Below, one piece after another: positions 56,428 to 64,000 of a stretch of 64,000 nt of DNA. The position numbers and the translations under genes are program-made. Each line of letters begins with the position of its first letter. Within the stretch, counting starts at the first letter, position 1. The notes under the pieces are model-generated. The model did not search any database. It saw nothing but the letters and a program-made list of their open reading frames with translations, and was not told the origin of the DNA. Source of the DNA: a virus; the IMG/VR virus record IMGVR_UViG_3300025921_000002, positions 10,997 to 74,996 of that record. One strand, written 5' to 3'.

Positions 56428-56540
56428 ACCCGTATCAAGAAGGCTGATTTGCACGGCAGGCCTTAACTTTGATACGGGTGATGTGTATATGATCGTATTT
56501 GAAGTGTTCTATTTTTTTGAAAGTTGCCGTGCCAGACTTC
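56428..56540 (-). ncRNA. candidate pseudoknotted leader RNA
   Basis: minus strand: loop GCACGGCA pairs with TGCCGTGC inside stem ACCCGTATCAA/TTGATACGGGT; TACTTTTG promoter box upstream. Confidence 0.55.
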
Positions 56541-56638
56541 TTTAACACAACAAAAGTAGTAAAAATGTTTTAAAATACCAAATCAATTTCTTATATTTGG
56601 GTGTCAGCAATGAAGCTGATATAAAAATGTTGCAAAAA

Positions 56639-57517
56639 ATGTCACACTTCACAGTTTTGGTCGTGGGTAACGACCCCGAAAAACAATTGGCACCCTTTAA
56701 TGAACAACCTAAAAAAGGTAGCCCTTATTTAAAATTTGAAGATAAAACAGATGAGTTTCTAAAAGAATACCAAACAGGAACTACATCTGAATTTTACTGC
56801 TCATCTTCAAGTTCGTGGGGAGCAGAAATATCTAACGATTTATTTAATAAACTTAAGGAAAATCAAGTTGGATTTGAATCGGATTACGTAGTAAGAAAAA
56901 ACTTCGGATCGTATTTTAAAAATAGATGTCGATATAGGGCTTACGAAAGGGATGAAAATAATAAGCCTATTTTTACATCTAAACAATGGTTTGAGGTAAT
57001 TGGTGTAAAAGAAACTACCCATCCGGATATGGATGTATGCTTTGAAGGAGTTGTTAGAATTAAGAAAATAGATGCCCCTAAAGAACTGCCATTAAACGTT
57101 ATGTATTCTACATTCGATGATTTCATTAGTAATTATCATGGAATTGAATCCGAACCGGACGGCAAGTACGGATATTGGAGAAACCCTAATTCAAAATGGG
57201 ATTGGTTTACATTAGGTGGTCGGTATTCTGGTAAAATACAGCTAAAGGTAGGTACAACCGGGGAAACAGGCAAAAGTGGTGCTTTCGATAATGAAGTTGG
57301 AATCGATAGTGCAAAGAAAGGCGATATAGCCAATCTTAATGAAATACAAACATTTGCCGTATTAAAAGACGGGCAATGGTATGAACGCGGTGAAATGGGT
57401 TGGTGGGCATGTGTTTCTAATGAAATGACGGATGAGCAATGGGATGCTGAATATAATAAGTTGATTTCTGATTTACCAGATGATACGTTATTGAGTATTT
57501 ATGATTGTCATATATAA
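56639..57517 (+). CDS. conserved phage protein (MSHFTVLV...NPNSKWDW...DCHI family)
   Basis: recurring phage motifs NPNSKWDWFTLGGRY, GEMGWW, YDCHI; TATATTTG promoter box at 56592. Confidence 0.75.
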   Translation: MSHFTVLVVGNDPEKQLAPFNEQPKKGSPYLKFEDKTDEFLKEYQTGTTSEFYCSSSSSWGAEISNDLFNKLKENQVGFESDYVVRKNFGSYFKNRCRYRAYERDENNKPIFTSKQWFEVIGVKETTHPDMDVCFEGVVRIKKIDAPKELPLNVMYSTFDDFISNYHGIESEPDGKYGYWRNPNSKWDWFTLGGRYSGKIQLKVGTTGETGKSGAFDNEVGIDSAKKGDIANLNEIQTFAVLKDGQWYERGEMGWWACVSNEMTDEQWDAEYNKLISDLPDDTLLSIYDCHI

Positions 57518-57557
57518 TAACCCGTAGTTTCCGCAACATTCTGCGGGATTATGGATT

Positions 57558-57582
57558 AGGCTATCTTCGGGTAGCCTTTTTC
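57558..57582 (+). terminator. rho-independent terminator
   Basis: AGGCTATC-TTCG-GGTAGCCT followed by a T-run. Confidence 0.75.
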
Positions 57583-57689
57583 ATTTCTATACGCATTTGT
57601 TTGAAATTGTCAAGTGTTTTTCTTATATTTACGCATGAAATTTATTCGGGATAAACTCCATTAGGGCATATTAACGCCCATTGGAGACA

Positions 57690-57905
57690 ATGAAAAGGCA
57701 AAAAAGGTATTGGACTTTTACCGAAAAACAAAAAAGGAAAACCAACAAACCAAATTGGTCAATGGCATGGGGTAAGGCTGAAAACTGGTTGTGTAAACAG
57801 CAAAACAACCATTGGTGCAGACGAAACTTAAAAGACATATTCGACGAGGATTATATCCATCCAATTCGAACTGGAAGAAACACAGCCAAATGGCTTTATT
57901 GGTAA
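57690..57905 (+). CDS. small basic hypothetical protein
   Basis: ORF followed by a GCGAAAG-loop terminator at about 57920-57950. Confidence 0.55.
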   Translation: MKRQKRYWTFTEKQKRKTNKPNWSMAWGKAENWLCKQQNNHWCRRNLKDIFDEDYIHPIRTGRNTAKWLYW

Positions 57906-58170
57906 GTATAGTTATTTGGTAAGCTATTGCGAAAGTGGTAGCTTTTTCTTATTTTAGTCCTATGAGAAAAGTAATTGAATGGCTTGTTTGTCCGCCTGAA
58001 AGTGTTTATAAGGTAACATTCGTTATTTCGGCAATATTTTTAGCTACTGTATTCCTAATAGGGCTTTTGAGTGAGGCATAAATGGACTATCTAACCATAG
58101 TATTTATAGTTTTAGCATGGCTTGTATTAGCTTTGTTAGCTGCTTATGTTGATAGTGTAAGGAAAGAGAA

Positions 58171-58434
58171 ATGGTGATGAATAAGTTTGAACGTAGATTA
58201 AAAGGGGAGCTGAAAAGAAAGCAACGGGCTGTTCATTATCCCGGATGGATTAATAATTTTGTTTTGCGCGATACAGGAAAGCCATGTTCCTGCATGATGT
58301 GTTCTCCGGGTAAAGTTCTTTGCAATGGCGAAAAGAAAAAAGAACGTAAAGAATTTATGCTCCAAATAGAAAGTGATATTGATGAGGGCATTGATGGAGA
58401 CTACTTGCTAAGTTACATAAAAACTGCCTGCTAA
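58171..58434 (+). CDS. hypothetical protein with PCSCxxC motif
   Basis: TGKPCSCMMCSP. Confidence 0.6.
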   Translation: MVMNKFERRLKGELKRKQRAVHYPGWINNFVLRDTGKPCSCMMCSPGKVLCNGEKKKERKEFMLQIESDIDEGIDGDYLLSYIKTAC

Positions 58435-58862
58435 TGGAATTAGATCAAAACGGATTAGACTTTATAGCCGCACAGGAGGGTATAGTATTGCATCCCTATA
58501 AGGACACTAAGGGCATACCCACAATCGCAATCGGAAATACGTTTTACCCTGACGGTACAAAAGTCACCATGTCAGACCCGACAATAAACATTAAGAGGGC
58601 TTATGAGATATTTTCAGCCGTTTCTAAAGACTTTCAGAAGGCGGTGAGTGATACTAACCCCAACCTCAATCAAAATCAATTTAACGCCTTATTTTCGCTT
58701 TGTTATAACATAGGTATACACGCTTATCAAAACTCGACCGTTCACAGGCTTGTATCAGCAAACCCTAACGACCCCGATATTGGTGAGGCCTTTGAAATGT
58801 GGCGCAACCCACCTGAACTTTTGAAAAGACGAAAGAGAGAGGTTGATTTGTATTTCTCATAA
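58434..58862 (+). CDS. endolysin, phage lysozyme (GH24)
   Basis: EGIVLHPYKDTKGIPTIAIG (E-D-T triad), QNQFNALFSLCYNIG, LLKRRKRE. Confidence 0.92.
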   Translation: MELDQNGLDFIAAQEGIVLHPYKDTKGIPTIAIGNTFYPDGTKVTMSDPTINIKRAYEIFSAVSKDFQKAVSDTNPNLNQNQFNALFSLCYNIGIHAYQNSTVHRLVSANPNDPDIGEAFEMWRNPPELLKRRKREVDLYFS

Positions 58863-58947
58863 CTTTCTTTACCTTTAATGAACTAAAATAAAAAATTCAC
58901 TATTTTAGAGTATTGATTAAAACTAAAATAAGATAAAAAAAGAGCAA

Positions 58948-59238
58948 ATGAAGAAAAGCCCAATCTATTCCTTAAACTGGAATGACGCCCTTAAAGGACT
59001 GTTAATGGCAGTAGGAACACCCGCTATTTTAATCATTCAGCAGACCATAGCTAATGGCGCACTAACTTTTAACTGGAAACAGGTAGGTATGGCAGCTATC
59101 GCAGGCGGTGTGGCTTACCTTATTAAGAATTTCTTTACGAATTCAGAACCCATCAAAGAAGTAACTAAAACAGAAGATGGTACAGTTACTAAAACAGTAG
59201 TTAAAACAGACCAAGTAGATGTTAAGGCAGGGAAATAG
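58948..59238 (+). CDS. putative holin (2 TM)
   Basis: DALKGLLMAVG...GGVAYLIKNFFT with a charged tail, next to the endolysin. Confidence 0.65.
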   Translation: MKKSPIYSLNWNDALKGLLMAVGTPAILIIQQTIANGALTFNWKQVGMAAIAGGVAYLIKNFFTNSEPIKEVTKTEDGTVTKTVVKTDQVDVKAGK

Positions 59239-59473
59239 TTTATTTAAAAACTGAACTATAATCAAAAAATGGATGACATTGTTTGGCAAAGGAAACTAAA
59301 ATCTCCCTTTCCCAATATGGCATATTATTCCAATCGCTACTTGATATAATAGACCAAAACATCATCGGAGGTGTAAGCATTCTAACTATCATAACTTTTA
59401 AAATAAGCCCCCTAAGTCCAAACGACCGGGAGCTAAACTGAAACAGAACCTAAAAACTATTTCAGTTGTTTCT

Positions 59474-60052
59474 TTATTTAGTACCTTTAACAAAATGCTG
59501 AAAGGCTCTTACACCTTTATATCTTCCCCCGTAGGAACATATTGAACTTCTTATAGATTTAGCAGGGATGTTTAAATCCTTGCCAGCCTCAACAGCATTT
59601 ACATATATCTTGTCATTTAACAAGCAATAAACAGCTTTAAATTTACTTGGTTGTGAATAGGTCTTTACGCTCCTTGCTGAAACTCTGCCCAATTCCCTAA
59701 ATGAATGCAAATTATTTTCACTATCAGTTGCCCATTCCAAGTTTTCCACCCTATTGTCCGTTTTGATGCCGTTTTTATGATTGACGGTTCTTTTATTTTC
59801 AGTATTAGGGATAAACACCGACGCAACAATTCTATGGAAAATAAATTTCTTTTTAACTCCATCTTTTGATAAAGTTATTTGTTTATAACCGTGAACATTA
59901 TTGCTACCAAAGGTTATATTACTCGGACACATGATGGAGGTGTTGCCCCTTTTTACCAAATGTGGGACTGTTTTTATTCTGCCGAGATTAGAGACTTCGT
60001 AAAAGCCCTCATATTCTGGAATTGGTTTCCAAATTTCTTCTATCTTTGCCAT
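59474..60052 (-). CDS. NUMOD4-HNH homing endonuclease
   Basis: EIWKPIPEYEGFYEVSNLGRIK (NUMOD4), HRIVA..VNHKNGIKTDNRVENLEW. Confidence 0.9.
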   Translation of the reverse strand: MAKIEEIWKPIPEYEGFYEVSNLGRIKTVPHLVKRGNTSIMCPSNITFGSNNVHGYKQITLSKDGVKKKFIFHRIVASVFIPNTENKRTVNHKNGIKTDNRVENLEWATDSENNLHSFRELGRVSARSVKTYSQPSKFKAVYCLLNDKIYVNAVEAGKDLNIPAKSIRSSICSYGGRYKGVRAFQHFVKGTK

Positions 60053-60122
60053 ATTCTTTATTTGTTGCACTATAAAGATAGTAAAACGCCCCGTTTATTC
60101 AAAATATTCAGGGCGTTTTATT

Positions 60123-60581
60123 TTAGTGAACTCCTTTGACAAACTTTTGGAATGCGAACTCTACGACGCCGAGGCTAAGAGTGACCCAATTAAGTTTTCC
60201 GGTTGACATGAATTGAGCCGCGAACGAGGCCACATCCTGCCACAGAGCGTTCCAACCGCTATCGGTTATACCTGCTTGCACCTTGTCAGCGAAGTGGTCT
60301 AAAACGTCCTTAATTTGCCCTGTATCAACACCGAGGTCTTTACCTACATGAAGTATCACTCCCCTTGCAATGTCCTCTGATACGCCTAATTTAGTGGCAA
60401 TGGCGGTAACTGCCGCATCTTCACCCTCTTTGTAAACCTCTTTTAGGGTTTGGCTGATGTTTACGCCCTGTACTAAGGCATCTTGCTGCTCTTTCGGCAA
60501 CTCGTTAAAAGAGTTCTTCGCATGGCTGAACAGGTTGGCAAAAAAATGCCCGATTGAATTAATGATTGAAGCTAATGACAT
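60123..60581 (-). CDS. hypothetical helical protein with amphipathic N-terminus
   Basis: ORF followed by an AAAACGCCC/GGGCGTTTT hairpin. Confidence 0.65.
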   Translation of the reverse strand: MSLASIINSIGHFFANLFSHAKNSFNELPKEQQDALVQGVNISQTLKEVYKEGEDAAVTAIATKLGVSEDIARGVILHVGKDLGVDTGQIKDVLDHFADKVQAGITDSGWNALWQDVASFAAQFMSTGKLNWVTLSLGVVEFAFQKFVKGVH

Positions 60582-60596
60582 AATATTTGATTTTGA

Positions 60597-60836
60597 TTAA
60601 ATGTTACTAATTTGATTGTTTCGTCTTGCCCCGGTGAATTGTTGACGAATTGAACCATAAAAAGTTTTCCCTTTAGGGGATAGTGCATACTTTAAAATGG
60701 TATCGGCGGCATGTTTGCTCAAATGAACCATGACAGGATTGCGCTTTTTTTCACGCTCCGCCCTTGTTACAGCCCGTCTCGCGTCCTTGAATTTAGCAGT
60801 TTCTTCTGCGGTGTACTCTTTTTTATCTGTTTTCAT
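60597..60836 (-). CDS. small basic hypothetical protein
   Basis: ORF. Confidence 0.55.
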   Translation of the reverse strand: MKTDKKEYTAEETAKFKDARRAVTRAEREKKRNPVMVHLSKHAADTILKYALSPKGKTFYGSIRQQFTGARRNNQISNI

Positions 60837-61015
60837 ATTTACTAAGTTACATTATTTTACCCATCTAAGAGTTATCATACACCCTTGATACCTATCTTTC
60901 AATACTTCTTTGCAAGGGTGGCTGTCAATCAATTCCCCACCAAAGAAACAGTTCCAATAAAGGACACCACGTCTCCGTTTCTTTTCTTTTGCTCCAGTGG
61001 TATGATAGCCTTGCA

Positions 61016-61276
61016 TTATTTTATTCCGTGTTTACGTTTTATTTTCCAAACAATATACTGTACGCTCCAAATGGCTACCTGCACCTTTATATAACGCCAC
61101 GCATCAATAATGACTCCCAAAATGCCCAATAATAGAAAACTTGAAAGAAATGCTCCTATTATAAACAAGTCCGAACTGAAATAGTGATTTGTACTTTCAT
61201 GGAACTCTTTTTCATCCCTTGTCAATAAAAAAAAGCTGATAGAAAAAAGAATTATATATATTATTGCGAGTACCAT
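61016..61276 (-). CDS. membrane protein
   Basis: two hydrophobic helices. Confidence 0.55.
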   Translation of the reverse strand: MVLAIIYIILFSISFFLLTRDEKEFHESTNHYFSSDLFIIGAFLSSFLLLGILGVIIDAWRYIKVQVAIWSVQYIVWKIKRKHGIK

Positions 61277-61330
61277 TATTCAGTTGTTTTGCTTATATTT
61301 AAGTTCAAAATCGTTCTTTTATTTCGTGGG

Positions 61331-61456
61331 TTATAGTAAAAACATTTCAGTTTCCCATAACTCGCCACAACATGAGCACCGATGAGTATGCCAATTACCG
61401 ACTGTTTTATAAGTTTGCCAATCGTGTCCTAAAAAGTAGCATTTGATCTTTTTCAT
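61331..61456 (-). CDS. small Zn-binding protein (DUF1660-like)
   Basis: translated by hand: MKKIKCYFLGHDW...CSCCG. Confidence 0.5.
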   Translation of the reverse strand: MKKIKCYFLGHDWQTYKTVGNWHTHRCSCCGELWETEMFLL

Positions 61457-61459
61457 ATC

Positions 61460-61642
61460 TTATTCTCCCGTTTGAGGGTTAATGTGAGTATCAGAGGCTT
61501 CTGCGCTATCCTGCTCAAAAGTATCGGGGGCTAAAAAAGTAGCCGCTTCTTCGTTAACAGCTTCTTCAATTGCTTCTAACGACCCGTTATACTGACTTAT
61601 GTTCCACTTACGGGCAATTTGTAATATGCGTTCTTTTGTCAT
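61460..61642 (-). CDS. hypothetical protein
   Basis: ORF with ATGA overlap. Confidence 0.5.
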   Translation of the reverse strand: MTKERILQIARKWNISQYNGSLEAIEEAVNEEAATFLAPDTFEQDSAEASDTHINPQTGE

Positions 61643-61881
61643 TTTGTTGTATCTATATCAGTAATATAAGAATGTTCGTCAATCCACGTACTTGTATCAA
61701 TGTTTTGCGGATGGGTAGGGTAGGTGGTAGTAAAAGAAACTGCTTCACCGCCAGTATTTTTACCAATTATGGGTAACTCCTTTTGGTGAGCCTCATAAAC
61801 TAACCGGGCAATGATTAAAGGAACTACGATAAGTGAGATTAAAAAGGCAATTGTGAGCAGGGAAAGGATGCGCTTCTTCAT
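61639..61881 (-). CDS. single-TM protein
   Basis: N-terminal hydrophobic helix. Confidence 0.55.
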   Translation of the reverse strand: MKKRILSLLTIAFLISLIVVPLIIARLVYEAHQKELPIIGKNTGGEAVSFTTTYPTHPQNIDTSTWIDEHSYITDIDTTK

Positions 61882-61882
61882 T

Positions 61883-62578
61883 TTAGGTCAGGGTTAAAAA
61901 TTCATCAGGCATATATTCAAGCGCGTCAATAAAAATGAATTTACCAATTTGCTTTATTCTTTTTTGTTGGGTATGACCTACGACTTGTAAAATGTCATCC
62001 GAAACGGCATCAGACATTAGGCTTGCTGGTCTTACCCAAATAGGAGTTTGGCATATTTCTTCTCCGTAAGGGTCGTATCTATCACCGGAAGTAAACTCAA
62101 ATTTATACGGTTGGTTAATAAACAATTCGTTTATTTTTTCAGATAGGTTGTCAATATCCCAATCGGATAAATTAGCATCAGCCCATGTTTTAGTAACCCC
62201 TGCATGGGTGAATAAGATAGGTATATGTTCGGTTGCTTCCATGTGAGAAGCTTGTAAAAACCCTTGCTTTAATGCATCGTTAAGCAAATCTCGAATATCA
62301 ATTGCTCGGGCTACTTCAAAACCTGAATACCTAAGTTTAAAATCTCCCATGTAGTGAAAATCATGGTTGCCTATAAGCAAAACAACGGTTTCAGGGTGTA
62401 GCTTTTTGAACTTTATTATTTCTTTAAAGTTTTCTATTTGCTCATCCTGTGTAATATCGTAGTGGGTATCAAAATAGTCACCGATAAATATAATCCGCCC
62501 GTACTGCGAAATATCTTCATTCAAAAGAGTATTCCAACAGGTTCTGCCGTGAATGTCGCCTATGGCTAATACTTTCAT
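61883..62578 (-). CDS. calcineurin-like metallophosphoesterase
   Basis: GDIHG, GDYFD, GNHD, HAG, GHT motifs. Confidence 0.9.
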   Translation of the reverse strand: MKVLAIGDIHGRTCWNTLLNEDISQYGRIIFIGDYFDTHYDITQDEQIENFKEIIKFKKLHPETVVLLIGNHDFHYMGDFKLRYSGFEVARAIDIRDLLNDALKQGFLQASHMEATEHIPILFTHAGVTKTWADANLSDWDIDNLSEKINELFINQPYKFEFTSGDRYDPYGEEICQTPIWVRPASLMSDAVSDDILQVVGHTQQKRIKQIGKFIFIDALEYMPDEFLTLT

Positions 62579-62856
62579 TTCTTTAAAGGTTTTTTAGTTG
62601 TATCAACTTTTGATTGTTCAGCATAGCTTTGGTTAAAAAGAGCCTGTATCTGCCCGATAAAGCCAACAATAGGAACACCTGTACTCATCGGCATTTTAGA
62701 TTTAAGGATGCTGTCACGGCTTGCGTTTGCTGCTGCGTTAACGTAATCCAGTTGGCTTTTCGTGAATTGAATGGTGTACTGCTTTTCAGCTTTCTTTGGT
62801 TCTTGAGCCGAAGCATTTAGGGCAAAGGCAAGTAAAATAAAGGTTAAGTATTTCAT
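62575..62856 (-). CDS. small secreted protein
   Basis: MKYLTFILLAFALNASA|Q signal peptide. Confidence 0.65.
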   Translation of the reverse strand: MKYLTFILLAFALNASAQEPKKAEKQYTIQFTKSQLDYVNAAANASRDSILKSKMPMSTGVPIVGFIGQIQALFNQSYAEQSKVDTTKKPLKK

Positions 62857-63210
62857 TTGATTAAATTAATTATAAGTGAAAATAAAGTCATTGATAAAAG
62901 TAACGCCCATACCATTGTACTTATGTAGTGTTCTCTTTTTATTGAGACCATTAGCATAGTTAAACACGTTACATTAGCTAAACAGCCCATAAATATTGCA
63001 AATAAGTGTACCATTTTTATACCGTCTGGTCTATGACATCGTCTGTTTGTATCTTATAAGTCTCTATCAACCTCAAAGCCGTTAATCTCATTTCAAAGCT
63101 ATTGCCATCATAACGTCCTATACCCACCCAAAAGCACCACCACAAGTGTTGCTATAACCTAACCTCAAGGTCAGTGTAGCGTCCTGCTTTGATGATTATT
63201 CTATACCTTG

Positions 63211-63399
63211 TCATGCTGTGCCGTTTTGTAAATTTTTCAATCGTTCGTCCCACATTTTCAAAGTTTCAGCGCTAAATGAAGTGTACTTTAATATTTCGTG
63301 TTCGTTAATATTTTCAAGCATGGTTAAGGGCACACGTACATTTATTTGCTTTGATTTTTCAGAACCAATAGGACGGCCTGCTGATTTTTTATTTTCCAT
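63211..63399 (-). CDS. ribbon-helix-helix-like DNA-binding protein
   Basis: AGRP..KQINVRVP. Confidence 0.6.
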   Translation of the reverse strand: MENKKSAGRPIGSEKSKQINVRVPLTMLENINEHEILKYTSFSAETLKMWDERLKNLQNGTA

Positions 63400-63471
63400 G
63401 TTTATAACTGTCTTTTACTGCCAAAGCCCCATTTAAGGGGCTATAGACAAAAGCGCATAGAGCTTTCAGAA

Positions 63472-64000
63472 CTACACGTCAATACCTGTAATCTCTTTGA
63501 ACTTTTTCGAGTCGAAGTTCGGTAAATCCAAAAATATTTTTTTATTTTTATCTGTAAGGTTGTACCACATGTTTGACCAAGCCTCGTGCATTGAAATTCT
63601 TTTTAGATAACCGCCAGTTGTTTCGTGTGTTGGAAATTTGGCTTTTTCTTCATCGGTCATATCGGATGAGTAAATCCAAATATTAGGATTAAGACAATTT
63701 GCCATAATGTTGTACGCGGCGTGATTTTCCCATTGGCGAACGGTCATTCCTTTTACCTCTTTGTCGAATAGTAAAACTTTGGGGTCGTTATCGGTGCAGA
63801 ATGCGCCGGAGTTCCTGTAGCCGGAGTTACTGTCGCCGGAGTTACTGTCGCCGGAGTTCCAGTTGCCGGAGTTCCAGTTGCCGGAGTTACTGTTGCCGGA
63901 GTTCCAGTTGCCGGAGTTCCTGTCGCCGGAGTTCCTGTAGCCGGAGTTACTGTCGCCGGAGTTCCAGTTGCCGGAGTTCCAGTTGCCGGAGTTCCAGTTG
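63472..64000 (-). CDS. pentapeptide-repeat (GxxNS) phage protein, 5' end outside the window
   Basis: reading frame open through the repeat: SGDSNSGYRNSGAFCTDNDPKVLLFDK-EVKG-MTVRQW...LPNFDSKKFKEITGIDV. Confidence 0.85.
   Translation of the reverse strand, partial: NWNSGNWNSGNWNSGDSNSGYRNSGDRNSGNWNSGNSNSGNWNSGNWNSGDSNSGDSNSGYRNSGAFCTDNDPKVLLFDKEVKGMTVRQWENHAAYNIMANCLNPNIWIYSSDMTDEEKAKFPTHETTGGYLKRISMHEAWSNMWYNLTDKNKKIFLDLPNFDSKKFKEITGIDV
63805..64000. repeat. 15-bp tandem repeat, at least 13 units
   Basis: GCCGGAGTT followed by a variable hexamer (CCAGTT, ACTGTC, CCTGTA, etc.) encoding GNWNS/GDSNS/GYRNS on the minus strand. Confidence 0.9.

Noticed and set aside
57635-57689. Leader peptide MKFIRDKLH plus hairpin as an attenuator
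   Set aside because: Single instance, no regulatory codon run, no supporting second copy
63805-64000. Possible CRISPR array
   Set aside because: 15-bp period with only 6 variable nt, in frame with a coding sequence; no spacers or cas genes
1-64000. Stop-codon reassignment (TAG=Gln or TGA=Trp) as in some crAss-like phages
   Set aside because: Genes are full length in code 11, and TAG and TGA end genes at sensible boundaries, often with ATGA overlaps
1-64000. tRNA genes, integrase or att sites
   Set aside because: No cloverleaf/T-loop pattern or recombinase motif noticed by eye; tRNAscan-SE would be needed to exclude tRNAs formally

Overview
This window is a 64 kb stretch of a lytic podovirus-type dsDNA phage related to the crAss-like (Crassvirales / phi14:2-like) group. 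It probably infects an environmental Bacteroidota host, judged from Bacteroidota -7 promoter boxes (TAnnTTTG/A), A-rich translation starts, and Q+1 signal peptides. Gene order: a non-coding terminus/origin-like region with a RepL-like gene; a glycosyltransferase/methyltransferase cluster; GroES-like, TerS candidate, TerL, portal, scaffold candidate and major capsid; three tail ring proteins; a tail muzzle gene split by an HNH endonuclease; cupin and three ejection/cargo proteins; tail hub genes; two large fibre-like proteins with Sec signal peptides; several holin-like genes; a long minus-strand block of small early genes (PAPS-reductase-like, DUF551, GIY-YIG); GH24 endolysin with a holin; a metallophosphoesterase; and a pentapeptide-repeat gene cut by the window end. 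The standard genetic code fits. I found no tRNA, CRISPR array, integrase, DNA polymerase or virion RNA polymerase motif. The most unusual observations are: (1) hidden coding inside the 1707-aa cargo gene, namely two nested +1-frame basic microproteins and a slippery A9 site opening a -1-frame amphipathic tail; (2) a pseudoknot-forming leader RNA with compensatory changes, found before three HNH genes and in related form before two other genes; (3) fibre-like proteins with export signals, one enriched in Bacteroidota O-glycosylation sequons, in a phage that also carries its own glycan-modifying cluster. All family assignments come from motif recognition and gene context; no database search was run.
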